Assembly: GCF_009834535.1 (NCBI RefSeq)
Contig: NC_045696.1
Span: forward strand, 28,150,001 to 28,214,000
Length of the DNA: 64,000 bases
From: Camelus ferus
Taxonomy: Eukaryota
Direction: 5' to 3'
Shown here: positions 52,871-64,000 of the stretch, piece by piece
Layout: the number at the start of each line of letters is the position of its first letter
Position numbering within the stretch: position 1 is the stretch's first letter
Position numbers and translations under genes: made by a program
The notes under the pieces: generated by a model
The model's database searches: none
The model's input: the letters and a program-made list of their open reading frames with translations, nothing else
Told to the model about the DNA's origin: nothing

Positions 52871-55800
52871 CCATGTGCCTTCTTTTTGGAACATAATACT
52901 TAAGTATAGTTAATTAGAATATCGTTACAATAATAAGGAAATTAATTAGGCCATTAAGGACCAATCGAATTATATATGTATATAATTAGCCTTAAGGTCA
53001 AACTAATTTATTCTTTTTTTCTTCATCTATGGCTTTTTTTCCCCCTTAAAAATGCTCCTGATTGTGAATCCATGTTTTTCTTTTTATAATTAGATATTCT
53101 TCTTCACATAGCTATAATTCATATAAAAGTGCAATACTGTAAGTTGCTTCATATTTGCTTTTGTGCTGCTTTATGGATGCACTGGCAAGAGAATACAAAA
53201 ATATACTTTGGAATTTTATAGTGAAGAGTAAAAAGGAAATTAAATAATCAAGTCAATCTGTATAATTTTCTCCTGTTTCCAAAGAAAGTGGGACATTTGG
53301 TTGGATTCATCCCTTTTTCAGGTTTATCAGTAAACTAACTTTATGGGAAAAATGTTCAAAACTACCTTTTCCAAACATTTTATCCACCCATCCAGAAATA
53401 AAATGGTATAATTTGTAAAATGTAGATGTGATTAACACACTCTCTTTAATCCTTAAAAATAGTGAAATTGTGGAGATAAAAGATAAGAAAAATCTACATT
53501 AATTTTTAGGAAGAAATAGTCTTCTATTTAAGATGACTCATTGAAAGATACAAATAACTAACTTGTGATACAAGCTTCCTATTCATCAATTTCTGCCCAC
53601 TTTACTGCTTTAGTACTTAAACCATAAATTTTTACGATCCATCTTCTAATTTGCAAGTCTTCTAACATCTTCTAAAACATGATTATAAAAAGAATTTTCA
53701 AAACAAACATTTTGATCATCAACTTATAACATACATTTATGCTTATATTAGATCAATTTCTACTTCATTTTTCCTCTACTTCAGATCCACTTTCCATTTC
53801 TGAATCTGTACTTTCTCAGATGTAAAGTAACAGGATTAGAAATGCCACCCCAGATTCTCCTCCACCTCTAATGTTCTGGGATTTTATATCTAATATGTTT
53901 ACTTAATTTCCATGTTTTATATCACCAAAAAACCTCAGAACCATCATTGAACCTACAATGGAGCACAGCTTTTAAAACCAGAGAAAGTCTAAAGGAATAA
54001 TTTCAATAAATATACACTTGTTGCAGTGACAGCTTATATTTGCAAAGGACTTGATTGATAAACAGAGTACTAGTGTAAATCTTGTAATTTCTAGTTTATA
54101 TATTACTTAAATATCATTTTCTTAATGCAAAGTAGTATCAGTCCATCATTATGCTCTCTTAAATAAAAAAGATGAGCTTAAATTGTTATTTAATTTCTAA
54201 GTTATGTTTCAATGTTATTTTCTTTATACAAAGGAGAACTTCAGCCCATAGATCATACAGCCCTAAGTAGGGAATATAAACTCACTCTCATTTAACAAAT
54301 TGTTGGTTTTTTTTTTAACACAAGTATATTTCTCTTGTAGATATATTTCTAGATTTCAATGTTTGACTAGAGGGTGAGCTGGAAGCACAATGTGCTCAAG
54401 GAATTTTAGAACACTCAGTCCTTTTTTTAAATTTATTTTTGAAATATGTTTTATTTATCTGGACTTACATAGGACGTTGGTACTCCAACAAGGAGTTTGA
54501 AAATGGAAATACAGGGATTCTAAACATGTGTATATCTATATACACACATACAGATTTAAAAAGCACTCTCCACTAATAAGCTTAGAGAAATCAGAACTTT
54601 TTTTTTAATACAGAGAACTACATAGTCTATATGTTAACAGTACACTTCTAAGCAAAACTACATAACAGAAGGAGGAAACTGGGGAAGCAGAAATCTTAGG
54701 GAGCTAAAACTGAAAAGAAATTACAAGCCAAATTGACGGTACATGTATTATGACAGGAAGCGGGGCCAAGTTTATACTGCTTAATAAGGGGGATCATAGA
54801 ATCAGAAGCCATAGTTCCTCTGAGTATGACATTCTGCAGTCACAGATGGATCATTCTATTTATTTACAGTCACCTCACAACCCAAAAGACATCCCAGAAA
54901 AACTGAGCATGATAAAAATGACTAAATGTCAGATGGGACTAATATCTGAGAAATGTGCAAAACCAATAATCAGTATACTTCAGGGGGAATAAAAGAAGCA
55001 TGTACCAGTTAGAGGAAACACACAATGGCAGATAATGGGACAAAACCGGAGACAGGATAAATGATCAAGTAACATTGCTATAAACATAAGAAAAAAAGAA
55101 AGAATGTGAAATTGTCAGCATAAGTAAGTATACGACTATGTGAAATTATTGATAATCTGATTGGAAAACCTGTCCTCATCTTTTCTTTCACTTAATTACT
55201 TAGGTTTCTGACTGCTCATAAGATACATAGCCGTTTAATAACCATGAAAACTATATGCAGATTTTTGTCAGATTCAAATATATTAGTACTTTCTATTTTG
55301 AAAAAAATTTAATAAGCTTTATATACATTTTACATATATAAACTATTTCAAATAACAACAAATAGTGGTGAAATTTCAAATAGATCTTCAGATTATAGTA
55401 AAATGAATTCAAGAAATCATTGTCTGATAGTGAATGATATGCTTGGTGAAATGCTGTTTGGTGTATTCAGATTCAGAGGCCATGCAGCAATAATTAACAA
55501 AAGGGAAACCTGCGATACCTTATTACAAATATTTAAAAAAATAAATCTCAACTATATCATAAAAAGCACAGTTGTATTATCTTTATAGCAGATGGAAGAG
55601 GTTAATTATAAAACATTTATAATCTTTACGTGTGGAATTACAGTATTAGCATGGATCTGCATGCATGCTTAAATTATGTTGTTTAAATATAATCAGTTTT
55701 ATTCCAAAGTTTTGGTTTGAAATAACAGCTATGTTACCAAATGGCAAAGCCCTACATTTCTTTTCTGGTCTTTTCTGTTTTATTAAATTATCTTCACTTT

Positions 55801-58272
55801 TTTAGATGATAAAGCTACTATTACTACTATAACATGCAGGTATTATGAAATAATTTGTGTATTTTATCAAAAATTATATGACTAAAACAAACAATTCATT
55901 TTGCAATGTACTTAGTTGTTGTAGAGTCCACAGGAGAATTTTTTTTTTTAATGAGTTTTCCGATGTAGGAATGTAGCCTAAATATGTTGAGCAGTAGCTT
56001 GGGGATATATTCTTCTTTCTACTAGGAAACATTGGCTGACGGTGAAGGCAGAGAACACAAGTGTGGGAATGCCTTTACTTCTCATACACAAGAGGAAGAA
56101 TAAATAAAATGTGCTTGAGATCAAAGTAGTATGCTAGTTTTTTAATTTTGTGCATCACATGAAAATTTTTCTTGCTGTCAGTGCTTAATATTTTAAATTT
56201 TCCTTAAATTCATTCAGTATTCTATACTTCAATACACAAAAGTGCCTTGCATTCTCAAATAAATGTGAATTAACTTACTATATTATTGTACTATTAAGTG
56301 CAAAGATGTCTGCACATTAAAAATATAATTCTATAGCACTGCAATCTAAGTGTAGGATAATCAATTTACTATCTACTCAAAATATGAATTCAATCAACTC
56401 AATATGAATTTCTATAAATCTCCATCAAAGCGAAGGAAAGGTATTAGTAAAATCCAACAGTTAAAATCCTTTGTTTGTATTTGATAATTTAGCTATTATG
56501 TAGATAAACTATAAATTATGCACAGAAGAGCAAAAAGCTGTGTGTGACCCATGGTAGGATGACAAAACTAAAGATATTCAAGAGCATGAATTAAGGGCCA
56601 TTGAATTAAGTATGTATCTACATATCCAGTGGTCTGTACATGGACTAGTACACACTAGTAAAGGCATAAATGAAGAATAAAGATCATTCTTCTCTCTCTT
56701 GGGATACCAAAGTCTTCTTTTTCTTTTCTCTTTTCTTTTTCTTTAATATTTAAGGATAGCAATCATACTCCAATTATCTTGTAACTTTTGTCTACAATTA
56801 TATGAGCAAGGACTTATAAAGTATTGAAAAGCTGATTATTCAGATAACAAATTCAACAATTTTCCTTACTCATAGAATCATTCATGGATGGTCATAGGGT
56901 GTTAGATACCACTATATTTTTCTATTTCCCAGAAGAAAGATGTGCAATCTCACCATTAAAATATAGAAGCTGGAATAGCACTCGCCAGAGTCCTTGAATA
57001 CACGCAACGATACATGATCTCAGACATCCACGCAACAAAAATAAGAATTTAAGTATCAGCTGTATTCCAGACACAATCAAATGCACAGAGGAAACAAATA
57101 GAAACAATATATGCCTCGAATTCTTCAGTTTTAGAGAGAGAACCACTGCTCTATAATAAATTTATATATAGTATAGTTTAGAAGGGACACAAGCCTACAC
57201 ATTGCTATTTGACGTAACTCCTATTACAGTTATAGGAACAATGCATTGTGGAACCAAAAAGGAGAAAGCTGCTACATTATTTCTGTCTGGGGAACTCCAG
57301 AAGTATTTTATATGTGTGTGTCACTTTAAAAATATGAGCCTACCAGACAGAGAAAGAATATTCAGCCATTCTACTCAGAGAAAAATATGTGAAACGACAA
57401 GAGTTGGAAGAAGTTCCTGCATACATCCCTCCACATATACATTCAACACATATCTCTTTTGAATAACTCCTTTTTGAAAAGCACTCAGCTGGCAATGGAG
57501 AAGATACAGATGCCCATCTTTCCTCCTGGCACTGACAATCTGGTAGGGAAGACAGACACCGGATAATTGTGGAGTCTTTTTTTTTTTTTAAGGGAAAGTA
57601 GAGTATAGAAGGGGTTTCGGGTGTAGGGTATTTTGGTCAAGGGAAAGGAAATTTGGTGAGGGAGACAGGTGTATGCAGATGGTAAAAGATCTCATAAAGG
57701 ATGTTAAGTTGTTTGGACTGTATTCTGCAAGCAATGGAGGGAAGTTTTTAATCCAAGAGTGGCACAACTGATGGGATATTAGAAAGGCAACACTGATAGC
57801 ATGAAACAAGGAAAATACATCAAGGAGAGAATAAAAATTATGGAAAACAGGAGTCTGTCAAAGTTCCACATGGGAGATGAGGACAGCCTGAGTAAATTTA
57901 CCTACAGAGGTGATGAAGAGGAGAGGGAAAGAAAATTGGAAAAATATTTCTGAGATACAATTTAAAAGAATTAGAGATTCCCAATGTAAGAGACTTTGAG
58001 TATTTGAGAGACTGTTCCACAGATGTTACTTATATGACCTAGGGCAGGAAGAGGCGGGGACAATTAAGGCATATATACAGACTAGAAGGCAGCTACTTGG
58101 GTGGCGATGAAGGAATTCGTTTTGGAACAGGAGAAATCCTGCGGTGGAGTGGGAGTGAGGACATACAAATGAAGAGATGCAGTAAATCCTGGACAACAGA
58201 AGTTTAAAGCTGGGGAGAGAGTTCTGTGCCCGAGAAATAGGCTTGCGTATCAGCAAAATACTTACTATAGAG

Positions 58273-58449
58273 CAGTGGTTCTCATATCTTCTGCCCATTA
58301 GAAACACCCAAATCGTTTTTTAAAAATCGATGCTTGTTGCATATCCCCAGGGATTCTGATTTAAGTGATTTGGGGTGCAGGCTGGCTACAGGGATTAAAA
58401 AAAAAACTCCCCAAGTGATTCTAATGTGCAGCCAAGTTGAGAACCTCTG
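58273..58449. mobile_element. MER5A MITE, near full length
   Basis: Terminal inverted repeats cagtggttctca ... tgagaacctctg; internal 'gattctgatttaagtgatttggggtgcagg', 'ctccccaagtgattctaatgtgcagcca'. Confidence 0.9.
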
Positions 58450-58479
58450 CCAGGAAGGGACACATTTGCATGGGGTCTT

Positions 58480-58700
58480 TTAATGCTAAGAACCTGGATT
58501 CTGAAGTCAAACAGGAATATTTAAATTGACACTCTGCTAGTTATGCATGAAACTTCGCACATGAAAGCTACATATTCTTTATCTGCAAGACAGTGGTGAT
58601 ACTGTGTACTCGCTGAATTGTAGGGTTATGCACCGAAAAAATATAAAGTCGCTTCTCACAATGCTGAACGAGCATCCATAAGTGTTATCATCTATAAGTA
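58480..58700 (+). mobile_element. MIR SINE, degraded
   Basis: 'aagaacctggattctgaagtcaaacag...ttctttatctgcaagacagtggtgata'. Confidence 0.6.
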
Positions 58701-59811
58701 CCATCATCTGTAAGTGTCATCAATTATTGTTATTAATATCACATCATCTTATTTTCCAGTATATAATGATTGAAGCCATAAGAGTGAAGGAGATCACAGA
58801 GCGAGAATATGCAGATTATGAAGGGAACAGCTCCACGGGCAGAATCTGGGGAATATGCAACATTTAAGAGACATAGAGGAGGAGGAGGCAGCAAAGGAAG
58901 AGGCAGAAAGGTCAGATGTATGGAGGAGATGTAGAATACATGGTGTCTTGGCATTTATTAGATAAATTTCAAATGTCAGAGATATTTGAAGTAGGATGAA
59001 GTCTGAAGCTTGGCCATTGATTTGGCAAATTTTAAATCCATGGAGTCTAAGTGTGATCAGATTAGGGCTGTACAAATCTACCATTAGTTGAGGGGTGAAG
59101 AATTAGAGATAGACCAGGAAAGGCAAGGGGAGGGGCCTATTTCAAGGAGTTTAATTTTCAAGGGGAGGGCAGAGGATACAAGAGAATAACTTGAGAAAGA
59201 ATTATGAAAACTTTGAAGGACTTTTTTGTTTTCCTAGAGTGTAAATGATTATAAACTAAGTAAAGTAGCCAGTTACTGAAAAGTCTGAAAATATACGAAA
59301 CAGGAAAATCAATGAGCTTTGGCCCCAAGGAGAATGGCTTTTGTAGAAGAGAAGAAACAGTGATTTTTTTTTTTTTTTTCTGAGACAGGAGTGTGTGAGC
59401 AGGTGTTACACATAACTGAAGACAGGGAGAACCCGCTGATGCTGTGGGGCTGGAGCTACTCTCTGCTGGAAATTGAACTTGCTGAAGGTGGAGATCACTT
59501 TCATTCTCTGCTGTGCCGTTCAGTGTCTAGCATCCTGTCCCACAGAGATGGGCACTTAATACATGTTTGGTGAAGTGAACTATGACTAGTTCATGCTTCT
59601 TCTGAGGGACTAAGTAATGGGAGACAAGAATGTAAAAGTCAAACAAGGACCAGCGAGAAGATGCTGTGAAGGAAGGAGCAACACAGTAGATAGTTTCCTG
59701 TCTTATTTATGTTCTCTCTTTTAAATTCTTCCTCCTTTCAGAAAAAGAGGATAAACTTGATGGAGAAAGAATGAAAGTGAAAGAAAGAAAGATGAAAGAA
59801 AGTCTCTCGTG

Positions 59812-60055
59812 TGGATCTCATGTACAACATGGTGTTTATACTTAATACGATGCTACGTATTTGAAACTTGCTAAGAGAGTGAAACTTAAATGTTCTCACC
59901 ACAAAGAAGAAATGGTAATTATGTGACATGGTAAAGGTGTTAACTAATGCTATGATGGTAATCATTTTGCTCTGTGTAAGTGTATCAAGTCAATATTCTA
60001 TCACTTTAAACTTATTCAATGTTATATGCTAATTATTTCTCAATAAAGAATAAAA
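59812..60055 (+). mobile_element. L1MA9-related 3' end
   Basis: 'gatctcatgtacaacatggtg...ttgctaagagagtgaaacttaaatgttctcaccac...aattatttctcaataaag'. Confidence 0.9.
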
Positions 60056-61407
60056 TGCCTGGACTGCAGAAGGCAAGGCAATACAGTTTTGCAACAAAAA
60101 CATTTTTCTGCTGCTCTGGCAGCTGTATCTAAGGCAAAATAAAGAATATGTTCACTAGGATATTAGCTATAGCTACGGATCTAGATAAAAAGTACAAATA
60201 AGCAAATTATTTTCTGATATTTTCCCTTACCCCCCCCAACAAGCTCTTATTCTAGGATACCACTTTAAAAGTAGTTTTTCATATACCCTCAAATTATCTC
60301 ACAATGCTCAGAATGAAAGTGATTGTTTATTTTGTCTAGTTAGATTATTATGCTAATAAACAAAATCAGAATCTTCTTTCTATACTCCTGTACTTATTAA
60401 TTTGAATTCAACTCAGTGGAAAAACACCTGCTATCAACAGCATCAGGCAAACGAGCATGATCGACTCAGCCCAACGTATTACCTTCATGGAAAAACAGTT
60501 TACACAGCTCATACCATTTGCATGGTACACAGATCGCCTTATCTCTGTGCAGTGCACAAAAGGCAGTAAATTTCAGGATGCTTTTTAAGTATGATAGATC
60601 ATCATCCATGAAGAAGAGTTATCCATAAGATGCCAGGATAAACCTACCTAGAAAATTTAATGGTAATAGAATAGGAGGGTGAATTAAAGCAATATTATAT
60701 CAGAAGGTGAATCATTATACTAAGGAAAGAAAAAAAAAAAAAAACTAAAAGAGGGAGGATAGTACTGTTGCTTTTTTTCCAGGACCAAGAGCAATCCGTG
60801 TTCTCACAATCACAACGGTAAGATCCTTCCTTGTACACATCCTGCCCCCCAAGGAGTCAGCAAAGAAGCAGATGCTCCATAATCTGCAATTCACAATATC
60901 TGCATACATTTGTGTCACTGGAGTAATCCCATTGGATCATTTAGTCTTTGATCTAGCAGTTTGCACGTTCAGGTGGCTAAGGCACTGCCTTACTGGCCAC
61001 TTTGTATCAGCCCCAACACAAAGTCCTCCTGGGGCTTCACATCTACTTCACTGTATCCAGTTATGCAGTTATTTTATCCTAAAACCTCCATCATACCTCA
61101 TCAACTGTCATATTCAGAAGCACAATGCTCATAGATAAGGGTTTTTTTTTTATCCCTCTATCAAATGTTCTTGTTTAGTACAGTACATCCCACAGACCAG
61201 ATGCACTGTACATATATTCATTTTCCATAAAATGTCTTTTGGCTTATTGCCTTTCTCTTTATATTAATAGACAGAGAGACTTCCATGGGGTTGTGTTTAA
61301 AATTAACATTTTAAAGGGCACTGAGAGGCCACATTGGGAGGTAAATATTTTTCTAAGGGATTAGTGTGCCCAACCAAAAATGACCTTAATAAGTATCTGT
61401 CAAAGTA

Positions 61408-62150
61408 ATTTTGTAATATGGTAAAATAGATATAACATAAAACTTGCCATTTTAACCTTTTAAAGTATACAACTCAGTGGCATTAAATACATTTACATTG
61501 TTGTGCAATCACCATTACTATCCACTTCCAGAACTTTCTCATCATCTTAAACTGAAGGTCTATACTCATCAAACAATAACTTCCATTACTTCCTATCCCA
61601 CCCCTGATCACCACCATCCTACTTGCTGTCTCTATGAGAATTTGACTATTCTATTCCTCATATAAGTGGGATTGTACAGTATTTGTCTTTTTTTTGCATC
61701 TAACTTATGTCAATTAAGATAATGTTTTCAAGCTTCTTCCATATTGCACTATGTACCAGAATTTCATTCCTTGTTAAGGCTGAATAATATTCATTTATAG
61801 GTATATGTCACATTTTGTTTATCCCTGTATCTGTTGAGGGATATTTGGGTTGTTCTTATCTTTTGAGAATTGTGAATAATGTTGCTATGGACTGGGAGTA
61901 AAAATGACCTATTCCAGTCTCTGCTTTCAATTCTTCTGAGCATATGCCTCGAAGTGGAATTGCTGGGTCATACAATAATTCTAATTAGCTTTTTGAGGAA
62001 CCATCATACTATTTTCTAGTGGCTGCATCATTTCACATTTTCACCATTGATGCACAATGGTTCCAGTTTTTCCATATCCTTGCCAACACTTGACCTTTTC
62101 TCTTTTATTTCTTTCTCTTTTTTTTTTATAATTGCCATCCTAACAGGTAT
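61408..62150 (-). mobile_element. L1MB-type LINE-1 3' end
   Basis: 'aacataaaacttgccattttaacc...cagtggcattaaatacatttacattgttgtgcaa...aagtggaattgctgggtcata...catatccttgccaacacttg'. Confidence 0.92.
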
Positions 62151-62627
62151 TAATATAAAATTAAATTTGATATTTGAGGAAAAGTGGGTGCATTTACCTC
62201 CTGATATGAAGAAATCTAAATCTTAAGGAATGAAATTGTTACCTCTGACTCAATCCTATTTCTCATATGCCTTTGTTTTAAAAGGTGACGTTTGTTATAC
62301 TGTCAACTCAGGCGAGCAGGTTTTGGGTGGACAGTTAAAGAATTCACAAAAGACAAATTTTAATACTCCTTTTGGTTTCTTTAATGTTTCATACTGTCAT
62401 TATCATCTTGGTCAAGTTGAGATTATCTGTTTCTTTCCAGGAAAGGCTAAAACCTATAAAGCTGCAAAATTATCCTCACCAATATAATCATAAGTATAAT
62501 CCAACACAATGGCACCAAAATCCATTTTCAATGGTCCACTGAAAATCAAACCTTACTAGCATATCCTGTAGAATTCATTTATTCCTTCATTCATTTGTTC
62601 CAAATTTTACAATGAGTTTACTTTTCT

Positions 62628-62857
62628 CAACACTGTACAATAAATGTTTCTGCGATGATGGAAGTATTCTATAGTGGCCCTATGTGATACATTAGCCACA
62701 AGCCATATGTGGCCATTGAATATGTACATGTGACTGTTTCAATTGAAACTTTAAATAATTAAACTTTAATTAATATAATTAAATGTTCAGTTCCTCTGTC
62801 ACATTTAAGTGCTCAGGAGGTACCAACAGCTAGTGCTTAGCATATTAGACACAGTAG
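62628..62857. mobile_element. MER3-like hAT-Charlie MITE
   Basis: 'cactgtacaata...ttctgcgatgatggaagtattcta...tagccacaagccatatgtggccattga...catattagacacag'. Confidence 0.8.
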
Positions 62858-62949
62858 GTTTAGATGGATACACTGAGAAATTGTTCATTATCTTTCTCTT
62901 GGTTGGTCAAAGTCTGGTCATTAAAACCAACACATAAATATTGCTTGTA

Positions 62950-63320
62950 ATAAAAGGTAGTACAGGGGAGTGCTAGGACTTACTGAAACACAAATGAAAG
63001 AGAGATGAACTTCCTGGAGGAAAATTAGAGTAATGCTTCAAAAAGGGAGATAACAATTAAGTTATATCTTAAAGGATGATGATAACCTCATGGGTAGAAA
63101 AGAAGCAAGATGTTTTAAGTCAACTAAAAGGCAAAAGCAATGAGTTGGAAACAACATAGTGTGTTGAGGGATAGTGACACAACACCTAAGAGAAGTGAGA
63201 AAAATGGAAAGAAGTTAAGAGTATTCTGAGTCTGAGTGTGAAGGGCAATAAACTGAATAATTTAGACAAAGAGGATGAATAAGTAAGCATACATCATGAG
63301 TTTGTTCATTTCCTAAAATA
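62950..63320 (-). mobile_element. L2 fragment
   Basis: 'gggagtgctagga...ttagagtaatgcttc...atcttaaaggatga...caaaagcaatgagttggaaac'. Confidence 0.55.
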
Positions 63321-63372
63321 GTACCTTTCCATGATTGGAGTTGTGATAAGGAACATTAATTAAAAGGAATTG

Positions 63373-64000
63373 AATGGTGTTGGAAAAACTGGACAGCAGC
63401 ATGTAAATCTATGAAGGTAGAACACTCCCTTACACCATACACAAAAATAAACTCAAAATGGATCAAAGACTTAAACATAAGACAAGATACAATAAACCTC
63501 CTAGAAGAAAACATAGGCAAAACATTACCTCACATACACCTCAAAAAATGTTCTCCTAGGGCAGAACACCCAAGGAATAGAAATAAAAGCAAGAATAAAC
63601 AAATGGGACCGAATGAAACTTACAAGCTTCTGCACAGCAAAGGAAACCATAAACAAAACAAAACGACAACCTACAGAATGGGAGAAAATTTTTGCAAAAG
63701 ATGAAACTGACAAAAGCTTGATCTCCAGAATATACAAGCAGCTCACACAACTTAATAAGAAAAAAACAAACAACCCAATCCAAAAATGGGCAGAAGACCT
63801 AAACAGCAATTCTTCAATGAAGACATACAAATGGCCAATAGGCCCATGAAAAAATGCTCAATATTACTAATTATCAGAGAAATGCAAATCAAAACTATGA
63901 TGAGGTATCACCTCACACCAGTCAGAATGGCCATCATTCAAAAGTTCACAAATGACAAATGCTGGAGAGGCTATGGAGAAAAGGGAACCATCCTATACTG
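63373..64000 (+). mobile_element. Young 5'-truncated LINE-1, ORF2 C-terminal part, frameshifted; runs off the window
   Basis: Translates to L1 ORF2 peptides [20 protein letters not shown]...[10 protein letters not shown] and [24 protein letters not shown]...[12 protein letters not shown] in different frames; TT/AAAA site at 63360-63365. Confidence 0.97.

Larger units (their letters stand above)
57430..59380 (-). mobile_element. Long L2, split by MER5A and MIR
   Basis: 'attcaacacatatc...gacaatctggtagggaagacagac...ttggactgtattctgcaagcaatggag...gattgaagccataagagtgaaggagatcac...tggccattgatttggcaa'. Confidence 0.8.

Noticed and set aside
56555..56566. 12-nt reverse match to miR-204 (tttgtcatccta)
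   Set aside because: No seed match or precursor stem
60820..61140. Faint resemblance to EIF4E-type or PHD-finger retrocopies on the minus strand
   Set aside because: Matches are short and not collinear; no sustained protein similarity
63411..63849. ORFs with clear protein similarity
   Set aside because: Frameshifted L1 ORF2 fragments and their antisense frames, not host CDS
1..64000. CRISPR arrays, operons, rRNA/tRNA genes, CpG-island promoter
   Set aside because: Mammalian repeat-laden DNA with no regularly spaced repeats; the only tRNA-like sequence is the SINE head; no CpG-dense stretch

Overview
AT-rich, CpG-poor mammalian non-coding DNA, either intergenic or a large intron. A Vic-1-type tRNA SINE and a lineage-specific L1 3' UTR point to a camelid (Camelus/Vicugna/Lama). 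I recognise no protein-coding gene, RNA gene, CpG island or prokaryote-type system. The longer ORFs mostly fall in L1/L2/LTR relics, and the rest look like chance frames. Much of the window is layered transposon debris: L2, MIR, MaLR/ERVL LTRs, hAT-Charlie MITEs, old L1M, a MER41-like ERV1 solo LTR, and young camelid L1/SINE insertions with target-site duplications (TSDs). A repeat-poor middle (about 27.7-42 kb) holds enhancer-like unique blocks. Most notable: (i) a MER41-like LTR whose GAS site has STAT6-type spacing and which is abutted by an inverted copy of part of itself; (ii) a nested 5'-inverted (twin-priming) L1 with a large internal gap; (iii) an L2 relic reaching the endonuclease domain; (iv) unproven micro-exon candidates on both strands. 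Repeat family names come from recalled consensus sequences, not a search, and boundaries are approximate. I found no convincing new biological system.
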